Positions 11,417 through 27,152 of a DNA stretch of 64,000 nt are shown here, in pieces. Where the stretch lies: the NCBI GenBank assembly GCA_964016885.1, contig OZ024743.1, positions 47,554,001 through 47,618,000 on the forward strand. Reading direction: 5' to 3'. The position numbers were made by a program, and so were the translations under genes. The stretch's first letter is position 1. Every line of letters starts with the position of its first letter. This stretch comes from Eledone cirrhosa (lineage: Eukaryota). Under the pieces are notes generated by a model. That model saw only the letters and a program-made list of their open reading frames with translations. It was not told the origin of the DNA and ran no database searches.

Positions 11417-13120
11417 TTACTTACCTCTTCGTCTCCTGTTTGGTGGGGTCTGGGTGTCTGGTTTGGGGGTGGGGAAACATCTCAATAGGACGCGGTTAAG
11501 AGGTTTGGTGCAGGTGGGCCCCACATCCATTGGATGGTTCTTTTTCAGAGTTACATAGGTTTCCGTTGGGACCCTAATCATCATTAGGTGCGGTTTGCCC
11601 GCTGCGTAGATGAAAGTGATCCCTTCGGTTTCCACCGAAGAGTTATTGTCTATTGCTTTCATCAAAGTTTTATTGTTCTTGTTAATGTATGTATAATGTT
11701 TTTGTTGTGTTGTATTTGTTTTTGTTTGTTGTTCTTGTGCGTGTTTGCGTTTTGTTGTATGTGTTATGTTTTCGGGAGGGGTGGGTTTTTTTGTTTGTTC
11801 TGTTTGTTCTGTTTGTGCTGGTGGTTGTCTGTTTGTTGCATTTTTGTTAATGTGGTGCCTTTTTTTTTTCCTTTTCACCTGTTGGAAGGGTTCTCCCTCG
11901 TCGTCACTGGGTGACGTTGATACGGAGTCCTCTTCCGTGTTGTTGGGGAGGGGTATATTTTGGGGTTTTGTTGTGGTTGCTTTTGTATTTGTTTTAGGTG
12001 GGGAGGGGTTGGGTGGGACAGTGTCTTGTGTTGTTATTTTTCCGTGTTGTTGTGGTTGTTGTTGTTGTTGTGGTGGTGGTGGTGGTGGTTGTGTTGTTGT
12101 GTTCAGGGTTGGCAGAAGAGCCTTTTTTCTCGTTAATTGAGGACAGGCAGCCATCAGGTGACCCCTGCTTAAGCAGTGGTAACATGACGGCCGCCTACCC
12201 TCCACTGAAATGTGTATATAGGTTAGCCCGTCCAGAGGCACGGGTTGTGGGATATTCGCTATTCGTTCTGGGCTCATTTGCACCAGAACTTCTTTGCTAG
12301 TCCCACCAAATACACCTCCGGAGGACTTTCCTACTGAGATTATCCTGTCTTCATCAAAATCAATAAATCCACATAGTATCCACCAAATATTTACATTTGG
12401 TGTGATACTCATAATTTTTATTTTTTGTGTTCTTTTTTCCCCTGTATGTGGGGAAAAAGTGAAACGGGGGGACACAATGGGTGATACAGAGTATTTTTGT
12501 GCTGTTAGCTGGTTATTCATTAGCACCGAAATGCTACCAAACAGTTTTCCTTTTTGGGTGAAGGTTATGTCCTTCATTGCATCTTTTAGAACCATCTCAA
12601 TTTCATTTTGTGATAATTGAGATGGTTCTTTGGTTTCGTTAGATATTGTCCTGAAAACTGTGGTTTTCAGGACAATATCTAACGTAATACTTGTGGAGAA
12701 TTGATGCTAAAAGCACCGTTTTCGCCAAAAGTCACGTATTGTTTTGCGTCTTGTAGTAGTTGTTTTGCATTAGTTATGTCATTTGGCGTGTATAGTTCGT
12801 TTTTTTTCTACAGTTTGTGCGAACGTTGTTTTGGTGTTCTTGTCTTTTTTGTTGCTGTTGTTGTCACTGTTGTTGATATTGTTCATGTTTTCCATGGTGT
12901 TGTTATTGTTGCAGTTGTTGGTTGTGGTGTTATTGTCATTGTTCTTGTTGTTGGTGCTGGTATTATTTACCGGGTTTGGTTCCGTGGTTTCAATATTTTC
13001 AACGTTTTTCGATAAGGTGAGGGAGGAAGGCTGCAAGCTTTATACTCCTTCCTTCCCTCCACCACTTTTCTTAGTGGACGTGGCACTCACTACAGTGTGC
13101 GAGGTTGAAATGGCATTCAT
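11417..13120 (-). pseudogene. Tx1 ORF1 (gag-like nucleic-acid chaperone), interrupted
   Basis: CYHCLSRGHLMAAC knuckle (CX2CX4HX4C), low-complexity N/T/Q/P linkers, basic KRKKKR. Putative ATG at 13120; early stop and frameshifts upstream of 12595. Confidence 0.8.
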
Positions 13121-13319
13121 TATTTACTACCAAGTCTACACAGTTTTGAGATGAAAATTTCGCCCCAAAAAGGGGCGAAAATTAGTTGACTCAACGTCTG
13201 AAGGCCCAGACAAGGGGTTAAACTAAACAATACTAACAAATTGAACAATGAACTCACAGTTTTTTTAACAATAATCCGTAAAAATCCGGAGTGAAGTAAT
13301 GCACGTCTATCGAATGGAA

Positions 13320-13680
13320 GTGAGTGCCGTGTAGTAGATATAGAGAGAGGGATAGTTTGGTGTTAATTGATATAGAGAGGGTGATTGGAAGAGAGTGCCG
13401 TGTAGTAGATGTAGAGAGGGAGAGAGTTTGGTATTAATTGATATAGAGAGGGAGATTAGAAGAGTGTTCCGTGTAGTAGATATAGAGAGGGGGAGAATTT
13501 GGTGGTGATTGATATACAGAGGAGTATTGGGAGAGATAAGTGTAGACATTTATAGAGAGTAAGAGAGTGTTTAATTCTTAGATATAGAGAGTGGGATAAG
13601 AGAGGCGGTGTCGTGGTAGATTTAGAGAGTGTAGAGTTTGGTTTTGGTAGATACAGAGAGGGGGATTAAAAGAGAGTTTT
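13320..13680. repeat. ~71-bp (2 x ~35-bp) degenerate AG-rich minisatellite
   Basis: GTGTAGTAGAT recurs at 13329, 13400 and 13471. Confidence 0.75.
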
Positions 13681-13754
13681 GCAAAATTTCTCTTGAGGTC
13701 CCTGCTAGAATGTCACAGCTAAGCTAGGAATTAACAAAAATAACTAGTTGTTGT

Positions 13755-14615
13755 CATTGTTGTTGTCCAGCTCAAGATCAGTTCTGTTCAAACAAACCTA
13801 ATATTAGAGGAATTCCAGCTATGACCATTCCATCTCTTTCCTATGTGCAGAGAATCCAGAACGATATTATCCAATGTATTCTTTGTACAACGACGTGGAT
13901 ATGATTTGGAAGTGATTTGGGTGCTATTTTTAGCAGGTTTAGTGATCATATATAAGCTCCTGTGTTGCCGACTCATTTCTAGTGCTCAACGTTGCCTAGT
14001 ATCTTTTCTTTATTGTAGCTCTTCAGTTGTTTAACCCCAGGTTAATCTTCATTGATCAGACCTCAGCAAACCGCTCAACTTGCTTGAAATAGCAACCAAA
14101 TCATATCCAAATCACAACCTCCCATCATTAAAAAAAGATGCAACACATTATATGATATAGTTTTAGATACCCTTAACATGATACAAAGTAAAAAAGAAAC
14201 CTTTATTGAATAAAAACAATAGATTAAAAATCGAAAGGGAAAGACTTTTATGTTGTTTAGTCCCAGCCCAGCCCTTAATGACCAATGACGCCCCAGTTAT
14301 GACCATTCCATCTTTTTTCTCTGGCATTGTGTATCTAGAACTACATAATCCAATGTGTCGTCCCACTTGTTGTTGTTTAACTTAAGGTCAACCCTGATCG
14401 TGTAAACTATGATACAAGATATTCCAGCCGTGATCATCCCTATTGTTTTCTGTGTGCCGGTAACCCAAGACAAATTATACAACGTATCCTTATATAAAGT
14501 ATACCTTGAAGGAGATTTTACTGCTATTTCCAACAGGTCGAGTGACCACATAGAGGCTCTCTTTATAAGTATAAGTTGACAGAGATTTGACTGCTATTTC
14601 TAGCAGGTTCTCACT
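13755..14615. repeat. Cluster of an old interspersed repeat family in both orientations
   Basis: Recurring motifs GTTTAACCCCAGGT..., CCAGC-TGACCAT-CC and GATTTG-CTGCTATTTCTAGCAGGT. Related pieces near 27480, 31840, 56600-56760 and 58650-58970. Confidence 0.55.
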
Positions 14616-15317
14616 GATCAGAGAACTTTCGTGTAAAAACACAGAAGACATAAAAGAAAATGATAGGTTAAAATAAAAGTTAACACGATCTCAAGAACAT
14701 TAACTCTTGACATAAAATTATTGTAATTATTTCCCTTGTAAACGCCCACTTTTTTTTTTTTTTCAATTGTTAGCTAAATATAGGTTCTTGCACAAATAAC
14801 ATTTATGAACATAAAAGTACATGCCATGTGTTTTCATTCACATATGTAGCCTATTATTAATAGGATACCTTGTGTGTCCGTTATTGTGCCTGACATAAAT
14901 TGTCAAAGGTAGACATAATTAAAGATAAGGAATACATTTATTGTTGATAAAACTATAAATTGGTTAACTAGAAAAAAAGAAAGCAGCATTGGAAAGGATT
15001 ATAAATGCCATAAACGAGAGGAAAGGAAAGGAAAGAGCAAGGACTATTAGGTAGAGAAAGAAAGGGGGAAGGGGAAAGGGTGACATACTCTACACCTAGG
15101 CCATAGTGGTGTATCGGCTGCGCCCCACGGACAAAATGGCAAAAGAATTTCCGGGGATATTTCATATAGAAATTTAAAAAGTAAAGTTTAGTATATTTTC
15201 GCTTGGTATGCAGTCGGATCATAGAGAGACGGTTGTTTCTGATATGACCCTCAGGAAGACATGTCAGAGGACTCTACTTCAACGATTCTTCCAAGAAGAC
15301 TCCCACGACCGTCTTAT

Positions 15318-15393
15318 GAAGAAGAAGAAGAAGAAGAAGAAGAAGAAGAAGAAGAAGAAGAAGAAGAAGAAGAAGAAGAAGAAGAAGAAGAAG
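15318..15393 (+). repeat. (GAA)25 microsatellite
   Basis: Pure triplet run. Confidence 0.97.
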
Positions 15394-16299
15394 ACACTGC
15401 AAAGGAACAGGCCTGAGAAGGAAAAAATGGCTCAGAGGCAGCATTCTAAGTTCAAATTGATTTATATTATTGTTGGTTTTGATTTTTATTGGTTCGATTT
15501 ATTAAATCTTTTATCTTCAATCGATTTCTTTTTATATTCAAACTGATTTTTAAAAAAGAACGTTTTTCTTCTTAAAGGGACCTAACTTTTTCTTACTAAA
15601 ACCAAGGGAGATAATAGAAGTTATTCCCCTTAGATTCTATTAAAGTTGTCAACCTTTTGGTTATTTTTGTAATTTAATACATTTTCTTTTTGTTTTGTAT
15701 TCAATTTTCTTAATTTCTCTCTCTCTCCGTCTTCTACACTTTAGTTCTCTCGCTCCCTTCTTTTACCCTCTAGCTCTCTTCCTTTCTCATGCTCTCTCTT
15801 CTAGTTCTCTTTTTCTCTCACTCACTCCTTTAACCCCCCTAGTTCCCTCTTTTTATTTCTCTTTTTCACTGATTCTTTCTCTATTTTTTCCCGTTTCCTC
15901 TCACTTTCTCTGCCTTGACTCCTCTATCTTCCTTATTTTCACTTTCCTTTCTTTTCGTGCCTATTGGCTCACTTCTCCGCTGTCATTTAAGGAATATTTT
16001 CAATCAGTTTCTATTTACAAATTACATTTGTTTAAGACAGCCGATAGGTAAGTTAATAGTGATTGAACTATTGATGGTGATTCATATCACCACCGCTACA
16101 GTATAGATGATTAATAGAGTTAATTATCATTAACAGAGTCGGCATCGCAGTATTTAGTACCCTAGGCTAGCTTTACAATTTTATGCACTCCCAATTATGT
16201 GTCCCATTCTCCCAAATAAACTACGTAATTTCAGCTTACAGTTTCGGCTTTAATGGTAGGAGTAAGAAGTGTCAAAAATTAGATTCGTCAACTTGCCAA

Positions 16300-17560
16300 A
16301 CTGAACAGGAGAGGTGACAGTACGCAGCCTTGGCAGAGTCTGACTTCCACATTGAATAGTTTCAATTTAGCACCATTTATCCGAACACAAATACTTGTAT
16401 AGAGATATCAGGGCAGAAGGAGCTGACGATTGATCCCATACTCCTGCAGAACTTTCCACAGCAGTTCCTAGGGAACGCGATCATATGCCTTTTCAAGGTG
16501 ATAAAACAAGAATATACCTCTTGGCAATACTCCCACGATATCTCATAGACCTGCCACGGTGTGAATATTTGGTCAACTGTGCTGCATCCGGGGCAAAAAC
16601 CACACTGTTCGCCAGCTAACTTGGACTCTTAATATAGACTTTACTGGCGAGGTTTAATAAGGAATATTCTCTCATGTCTCCCTTTTCATTATTTACATGA
16701 ATAGGATTGACATGTGCAGCCTGGTTAGAAGTGGTATCATGACTGGTGGGTGTAAAATCAGTCGGCTGGAATTTGCAAACGACATGGTGTTACTTAACTT
16801 GACAAAAGGTGATCTCTAACTTGCACTTGATGCCGAGTGCTGCACAGCTGGAGTGCTGCGAAAACTGAGACATTCGTCCTCTCAAGGAAGCCTGCACAGT
16901 TCACTCTACATGTGAATGGAGTTCCACTGAAGCAGGTAGATAAGTTCAAGTACCTCGGGGCTGTGTTCACAAGTGGTGGAAAACAGGGGGCTGAATTAAG
17001 TGCAAGAATTGCAGGAACCGGTGCAGTTATGCACCAGCTTCAGCATTCAGTCATCAAAAGAAGGTGGGTAGGTGTAAAAGCCAAACTCACTATCTTCAAT
17101 TCAGTATTCGTGCCAACCCTTACCTAGAGTCATGAATCTTGGGTAATGACCGAAAAAATATGATCGCGAATATAAGCGGTCGAAATGGGGTTCCTCCGAA
17201 GGGTCTTTGGAGTAACGTTACTCGATAGAGTGCAGAGCTTGGAGATCAGGGAGTCACTCCAGGTAGAGCCACTACTCCTTCAAATTGAGAGATCACAGCT
17301 CCAATATTACTGGCATGTGGTTAGAATGTCTCAGGAAAGAATTGCTGGACAGATTTTACAGGCAAAACCATCCAGCAGGAGACCCAGGGCTAGATCTTGT
17401 GCAAGATGGTTGGATAACATCCATGAGCTTGGCTGGTCTCACTTGGGGATCCAGCAGGATCAATTGGAGACTGTTGCTTCTGACAGGACCCACTGGAAGG
17501 AGTATTTGAGAACTCTGCTCCCATGACCCTTTCAGGAATAAGTAGGTGAAGAAGAAGAAG
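16300..17560 (+). mobile_element. RTE-clade LINE, 5'-truncated with inverted 5' segment
   Basis: Plus strand 16675-17526: LFIIYM, FANDMVL, VDKFKYLG, MGFLRRV, and a (GAA)n tail. Minus strand 16630-16300: LEKAYDRVP...QGCVLSPLLF. Confidence 0.8.
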
Positions 17561-17576
17561 CGGCAGTGGTTGATGG

Positions 17577-18033
<457 letters not shown>

Positions 18034-20153
18034 AACACTCACACCACAATCATAACACCATCACCACCAACACCACCATCATAACACCATCACCACTAAC
18101 ACCACCATCACAACACCATCACCACCAACACCACCATCACAACACCATCACCACCAACACCACCAGCATAACAGCATCACCACCAACATCACCACCATCA
18201 CCACCAACACCACCACCAACACCACCACCACCAACACCACCAACACCACTACCAACACCGCCACCAACACCACCATCACCACCTACACCACTACCAACAT
18301 CACTACCAACACCACCACCACTAAAACCACCACCACCAACAACAACAAAAACACTGACGCACAAATGCCACCATGACAACACTATACCACCTCCACCATA
18401 TCACTACCAACACCAACACCATACCACCAACACTAACACTACCAACACCACCAGCAACACCATCAACACCAACAACACCAACATCAACAACACCAACAAC
18501 ACCAACAATACCAACACCAACACCAACACCATCAACACCAACAACACCAACATCAACAACACCAACACCATCAACAACACCAACACCAACACCAACACCA
18601 TCAACACCAACACAAACACCATCAACACCAAAAACACCACCAACACCAACAACACCAACAACACCAACACCAACACCATCAACACCAACAACACCAACAC
18701 CACCAACACCAACACCATCAACACCAACAACACCAACAACACCAACATCAACACCACCAACACGAAAAACATCAACACTACTAACAATTATCACTAATAC
18801 CAACACCAAAACTGCAAGCACCATTAACAACACCTCTAACAACACCACCAACACCAACAACACCAACAACACTACCAACACCAACAACACCAACAACACT
18901 ACCAACACCAACAACACCAACAACACTACCAACACCAACAACACCAACAACACTAACAACACCAACAACACCAACAACACCAACAACACTACCAACACCA
19001 AAACACCAACAACACCAACAACACCAACAACACCAACACCACCAACAACACCAACAACACCAACAACACTACCAACACCAACAACACCAACAACACCAAC
19101 AACACCAACACCACCAACAACACCAACAACACTACCAACACCAACAACACCACCGACGACACCAACAACAACACCAACACCACCAACTACAACACCAACA
19201 ACACTACCAACACCAACAACACCACCAACACCACTAACAACACAAACACCAACAACACCAACAGCACCAACACCAACAACACCAACAACACCAACAACAC
19301 CACCAACACAAACAACACAAACAACACCAACAACACTACCAACACCAACAACACAAACAACACAAACAACACCAACAACACTACCAACACCAACAACACC
19401 ACCAACACCAACAACACCAACAACACCAACACCAACACCAACAACACCAACAACACCAACAACACTACCAACAACACCAACAACAACACCAACACCACCA
19501 ACAACACCACCAACAACACCAACAACACTACCAACACCAACAACACCACCAACACCAACAACACCAACAACACCAACACCAACAACACCAACAACACCAA
19601 CAACTACACCAACAACACCAACACCACCAACAACAACACCAACAACACCAACAACAACATCCACACCACCAACAACAACACCAACAACACTACCAACACC
19701 AACAACACCACCAACACCAACAACACCAACAACACCAACACCAACAACACCAACAACACCAACAACAACACCAACAACACCAACAACAACACCAACACCA
19801 CCAACAACAACACCAACAACACCAACAACAACACCCACACCACCAACAACAACACCAAAACCACCAACAACAACACCAACAACAACACCAACAACACCAA
19901 CAACAACACCAACAACACCAACAACAACACCAACACCACCAACAACAACACCAACAACACCAACAACAACACGAACACCACCAACAACACCACCGACAAC
20001 ACCAACAACAACACCAACACCACCAACAACAACACCAACAACACCAACAACAACACCAACACCACCAACACCAACACCACCAACAGCAACAACAACAACA
20101 CCAACAACACCACCAACAACACCAACACCACCAACAACAACACCAACACCACC

Positions 20154-20184
<31 letters not shown>

Positions 20185-23100
20185 CCAACAACAACACCAA
20201 CAACACCACCGACAACACAAACAACACCAACAACACCACCAACACCAACAACACCAACAACACGAACAACACCACCAACAACACCAACACCACCAACAAC
20301 ACCAACACCACCAACACCAACAACAACACTAACAACACAACCAACAACACCAACAACAACACAAACAACAACACCAACAACACCAACAACAACACCAACA
20401 AAAACACCAACAACAACACCAACACCAACAACAACACCAACACCAGCAACAACACCAACACCAACAACACCAACACCACCAACACGAACAACACCACCAA
20501 CACCAACACCAACACCACCAACAACACCACCGACAACACAAACAACACCACCAACACGAACAACACCACCAACACCAACACCACCAACAACACCATCAAC
20601 AACACCAACAACACCACCAACAACACCAAAACTACCAACACCAACAACAGCCCCAACAACAACACCAACACCACCAACAACACCAACAACAACACCAACA
20701 CCAACAACACCACCAACACCAACAACACCAACAACACCAACACCAGCACCATCAACACCAACAACACCAACACCACCAACACCAACACCATCAACACCAA
20801 CAACACCAACAACACCAACATCAACACCACCAACACGAAAAACATCAACACTACTAACACTTATCACTAATACCAACACCAAAACTGCAAGCACCATTAA
20901 CAACACCTCTAACAACACCACCAACAACACCAACAACACCAACAACACCAACAACACCAACAACACTACCAACACCAACAACACCAACAACACCAACAAC
21001 ACCAACACCACCAACAACACCAACAACACTACCAACACCAACAACACTACCAACACCAACAACACCAACACCACCAACAACACCAACAACACTACCAACA
21101 CCAACACCAACAACACCAACACCACCAACAACACCAACAACACCAACAACACCAACAACACCACCGACGTCACCAACAACAACACCAACATCACCAACTA
21201 CAACACCAACAACACTACCAACACCAACAACACCACCAACACCACCAACAACACGAACACCAACAACACCAACAGCACCAACACCAACAACACCAACAAC
21301 ACCAACAACACCACCAACACCAACAACACCAACAACACTACCAACACCAACAACAACACCAACAACACCAACAACACTACCAACAACACCAACAACAACA
21401 CCAACAACACCAACAACACTACCAACACCAACAACACCACCAACACCAAAAACACCAACAACACCAACAACACCAACAACAACACCAACAACACCAACAC
21501 CACCAACAACACCACCAACAACACCAACAACAACACCAACAACACCACCAACAACACCAACACCACCAACACCAACACCAACAACACCACCAACAACACC
21601 ACCAACAACACCAACAACACCAACAACACCACCAACACCAACACCACCAAAAACACCAACAACAACACCAACACCAACAACACCACCAACAACACCAACA
21701 ACACCAACAACACCACCAACAGCACCAACACAAACAACACCACCAACACCAACACCACCAACAACACCAACAACAACACCAACAACACCACCAACAACAC
21801 CAACACCAACAACACCAACAACACCAACAACAACACCAACAACACCACCAACAACACCAACACCACCAACACCAACAACACCAACAACACCACCAACAAC
21901 ACCAACAACAACACCAACAACACCACCAACAACACCAACACCACCAACACCAACAACACCAACAACACCACCAACAACACCAACAACAACACCAACAACA
22001 CCACCAACAACACCAACACCACCAACACCACCAACACCAACAACACCAACAACACCACCAACACCAACAACAACAACACCACCAACACCAACAACAACGC
22101 TAACAACACCACCAACAACACGAACAACAACACCAACAACACCACCAACACCAACAACAACGCTAACAACACCACCAACAACACCACTAACAACACCATC
22201 AACACCACCAACAGCACCAACAACAACACCAACACAAACAACACCACCAACACCAACAAGAACAACACTAACAACACCAACAACACCAACAACAACAACA
22301 CCACCAACAGCACCAACACAAACAACACCACCAACACCAACACCACCAACAACACCAACAACAACACCAACAACACCACCCACAGCACCAACACAAACAA
22401 CACCACCAACACCAACACCAACAACACCAACACCACCAAGAACAACACTAACAACACCAACAACACCAACAACACCACCAACAACACCACCAACAACACC
22501 ATCAACAACACCAACAACACCAACAACAACACCAACAACACCACCAACAACACCATCAACAACACCAACAACACCAACAACAACACCAACAACACCACCA
22601 ACAACACCACCAACAACACCAACAACACCACCAACAACACCAACACCACCAACACCAACAACAACACTAACAACACCACCAACAACACCACCAACAACAA
22701 CAACAACAACAACAACTACACCACCAACAGTACCAACAACACTAACAACACCACCAACAACACCACCAACAACAACACCAACAACAACACCAACAACTAC
22801 AACACCAACAACACCAACAACACCACCAACACCACCAACAACACCAACAACACCACCAACAACACCACCAACAGTACCAACACGAACAACACCACCAACA
22901 ACACCAACAACAACAACAACACCAAAAACACCACCAACAACACTAACTCGACCAACACCAACAACACCAACAACACCACCAACAGTACCAACAACACCAA
23001 CAACACCACCAACACCACCAACAACACCACCAACAGTACCAACACGAACAACACCACCAACAACACCAACAACAACAACAACACCAAAAACACCACCAAC

Positions 23101-24140
23101 AACACTAACTCGACCAACACCAACAACACCAACAACACCACCAACAGTACCAACAACACCAACAACACCACCAACAACACCAACAACACCACCAACAGTA
23201 CCAACACGAACAACAACACCAACAACACCAACAACAACAACAACACCAACAACACCACCAACAACACCAACTCGACCAACACCAACAACACCAACAACAC
23301 CACCAACAGTACCAACACGAACAACAACACCAACAACACCAACAACAACAACACCAACAACACCACCAACACCACCAACAACACCACCAACAGTACCAAC
23401 ACGAACAACAACACCAACAACACCAACAACACCAACAACACCACCAACAACACCAACTCGACCAACACCAACACCACCAACAACACCACCAACAGTACCA
23501 ACACGAACAACAACACCAACAACACCAACAACAACAACACCAACAACACCACCAACACCACCAACAACACCACCAACACCACCAACAACACCAACAACAC
23601 CACCAACAACACCAACAACACCACCAACAGTACCAACAACACCACGAACAACACCAACAACAACAATAACACTAACAACACCAACAACAACACCACCACC
23701 ACTACCAAGAACACCACCAACAACAACACCACCAACAACACCAACAACACTACCAACACCAACAACACCACCAACACCAAAAACACCAACAACACCAACA
23801 CCAACAACACCAACAACACCAACAACAACACCAACACCACCAACAACAACACCAACAACACCAACAACACCACCAACAACACCAACAACAACACCAACAC
23901 CACCAACAACAACACCAACAACACCAACAACAACACGAACACCACCAACACCACCGACAACACCAACAACAACACCAACACCACCAACAACAACACCAAC
24001 AACACCAACACCAACAGCAACACCAACACCACCAACAACACCACCAACAACACCACAACAACACCAACACCACCAACAACACCAACAACACCAACAACAC
24101 CAACAACAACACCAACACCACCAACAACAACACCAACACC

Positions 24141-24178
<38 letters not shown>

Positions 24179-26797
24179 AAACACCAACAACAACAACACC
24201 GACAACACAAACAACACCAACAACACCACCAACACCAACAACACGAACAACACCACCAACAACACCAACACCACCAACACCACCAACACCAACAACAACA
24301 CTAACAACAACACCAACAACACCAACAACAACACAAACAACAACACCAACAACACCAACAACACCACCAACAACAACACCAACAACAACACCAACACCAA
24401 CAACAACACCAACAACACCAACACCACCAACACGAACAACACCACCAACACCAACACCAACACCACCAACAACACCACCGACAACACAAACAACACCACC
24501 AACACGAACAACACCACCAACACCAACACCACCAACAACACCACCAACAACACCAACAACACCACCAACAACACCAACACTACCAACACCAACAACAGCA
24601 CCAACAACAACACCAACACCACCAACAACACCAACAACAACACCAACACCAACAACACCACCAACAACACCAACAACACCAACAACAACACCAACACCAA
24701 CAACAATACCAACAACACCAACAACACCAACACCACCAACACGAACAACACCACCAACACCAACACCACCAACAACACCACCGACAACACAAACAACACC
24801 ACCAACACGAACAACACCACCAACACCAACACCACCAACAACACCACCAACAACACCAACAACAACACCAACAACACCACCAACAACACCAACACCACCA
24901 ACACCAACAACAGCACCAACACCAACACCAACAAAAACACCAACAACAACACCAACACCAACAACACCACCAACAACACCAACAACACCACCAACAGCAC
25001 CAGCATGAACTGCACCACCAACACCAACACCACCAACAACACCACCAACAACACCAACAACAACACCAACAACACCACCAACAACACCAACACCAACAAC
25101 ACCAACAACACCAACAACACCACCAACAACACCAACAACAACACCAACAACACCACCAACAACACCAACACCACCAACACCAACAACACCAACAACACCA
25201 CCAACAACACCAACAACAACACCAACAACACCACCAACAACACCAACACCACCAACACAACCAACACCAACAACACCAACAACACCACCAACACCAACAA
25301 CAACAACACCACCAACACCAACAACAACGCTAACAACACCACCAACAACACCAACAACAACACCAACAACACCACCAACACCAACAACAACGCTAACAAC
25401 ACCACCAACAACACCACTAACAACACCATCAACACCACCAACAGCACCAACAACAACACCAACACAAACAACACCACCAACACCAACAAGAACAACACTA
25501 ACAACACCAACAACACCAACAACAACACCAACAACACCACCAACAAAACCAACAACACCACCCACAGCACCAACACAAACAACACCACCAACACCAACAC
25601 CAACAACACCAACACCACCAAGAACAACACTAACAACACCAACAACACCAACAACACCACCAACAACACCACCAACAACACCACCAACAACACCAACAAC
25701 ACCAACAACAACACCAACAACACCACCAACAACACCACCAACAACACCAACAACACCACCAACAACACCAACACCACCAACACCACCAACAACACCACCA
25801 CCAACAACAACAACAACAACAACAACTACACCACCAACAGTACCAACAACACTAACAACACCACCAACAACACCACCAACAACACCACCAACAACAACAC
25901 CAACAACTACAACACCAACAACACCACCAACACCACCAACAACACCAACAACACCACCAACAACACCACCAACAGTACCAACACGAACAACACCACCAAC
26001 AACACCAACAACAACAACAACACCAAAAACACCACCAACAACACTAACTCGACCAACACCAACAACACCAACAACACCACCAACAGTACCAACAACACCA
26101 ACAACACCACCAACAACACCAACAACACCACCAACAGTACCAACACGAACAACAACACCAACAACACCAACAACAACAACAACACCAAAAACACCACCAA
26201 CAACACCAACTCGACCAACACCAACAACAACACAAACAACACCACCAACAGTACCAACAACACCAACAACACCACCAACAACACCAACAACACCACCAAC
26301 AGTATCAACACGAACAACAACACCAACAACACCAACAACAACAACAACACCAACAACACCACCAACAACACCAACTCGACCAACACCAACAACACCAACA
26401 ACACCACCAACAGTACCAACTCGACCAACACCAACAACACCAACAACACCACCAACAGTACCAACACGAACAACAACACCAACAACACCAACAACAACAA
26501 CACCAACAACACCACCAACACCACCAACAACACCAACAACACCACCAACAACACCAACAACACCACCAACAACACCAACAACACCACCAACAGTACCAAC
26601 AACACCACGAACAACACCAACAACAACAATAACACTAACAACAACAACACCACCACCACTACCAAGAACACCACCAACAACAACACCAACAAAACACCAA
26701 CAATGCCACTAACACCACCAACAACACCACCAACAACAACACCACCAACAACACCAACCACAACACCAACAACACCAACAATAACACCAACAACAAT

Positions 26798-26852
<55 letters not shown>

Positions 26853-27010
26853 TCAACACCACCAACAGTACCAACAACACCACGAACAACACCAACAACA
26901 ACACCACCACCACTACCAAGAACACCACCAACAACAACACCAACAACAACACCAACAATGCCACTAACACCACCAACAACACCACCAACAACAACACCAC
27001 CAACAACACC

Positions 27011-27068
<58 letters not shown>

Positions 27069-27084
27069 CCACCAACAACAACAC

Positions 27085-27116
<32 letters not shown>

Positions 27117-27152
27117 CCAACAACACCACCAACAACAGCAACAACACCACCA
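18034..27152. repeat. ~9.1-kb CAA/CAC triplet low-complexity field with higher-order internal duplications
   Basis: Almost only C and A on the + strand. Marker block ACGAAAAACATCAACACTA...ACTGCAAGCACCATT recurs at ~18762 and ~20835; other rare variants recur in blocks. Confidence 0.93.

Larger units (their letters stand above)
7742..13306 (-). mobile_element. Tx1/L1-group non-LTR retrotransposon, full length, decayed
   Basis: 5' UTR, ORF1 with CCHC knuckle, ORF2 APE-RT-zinc finger, 3' UTR ending in AAATAAA. Confidence 0.9.

Noticed and set aside
15222-15280. Hammerhead-like hairpin + GAAAC..GUC on the minus strand
   Set aside because: The CUGANGA box is missing at the required position.
15208-15546. 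Poly-lysine ORF
   Set aside because: Translation of the (GAA)25 microsatellite.
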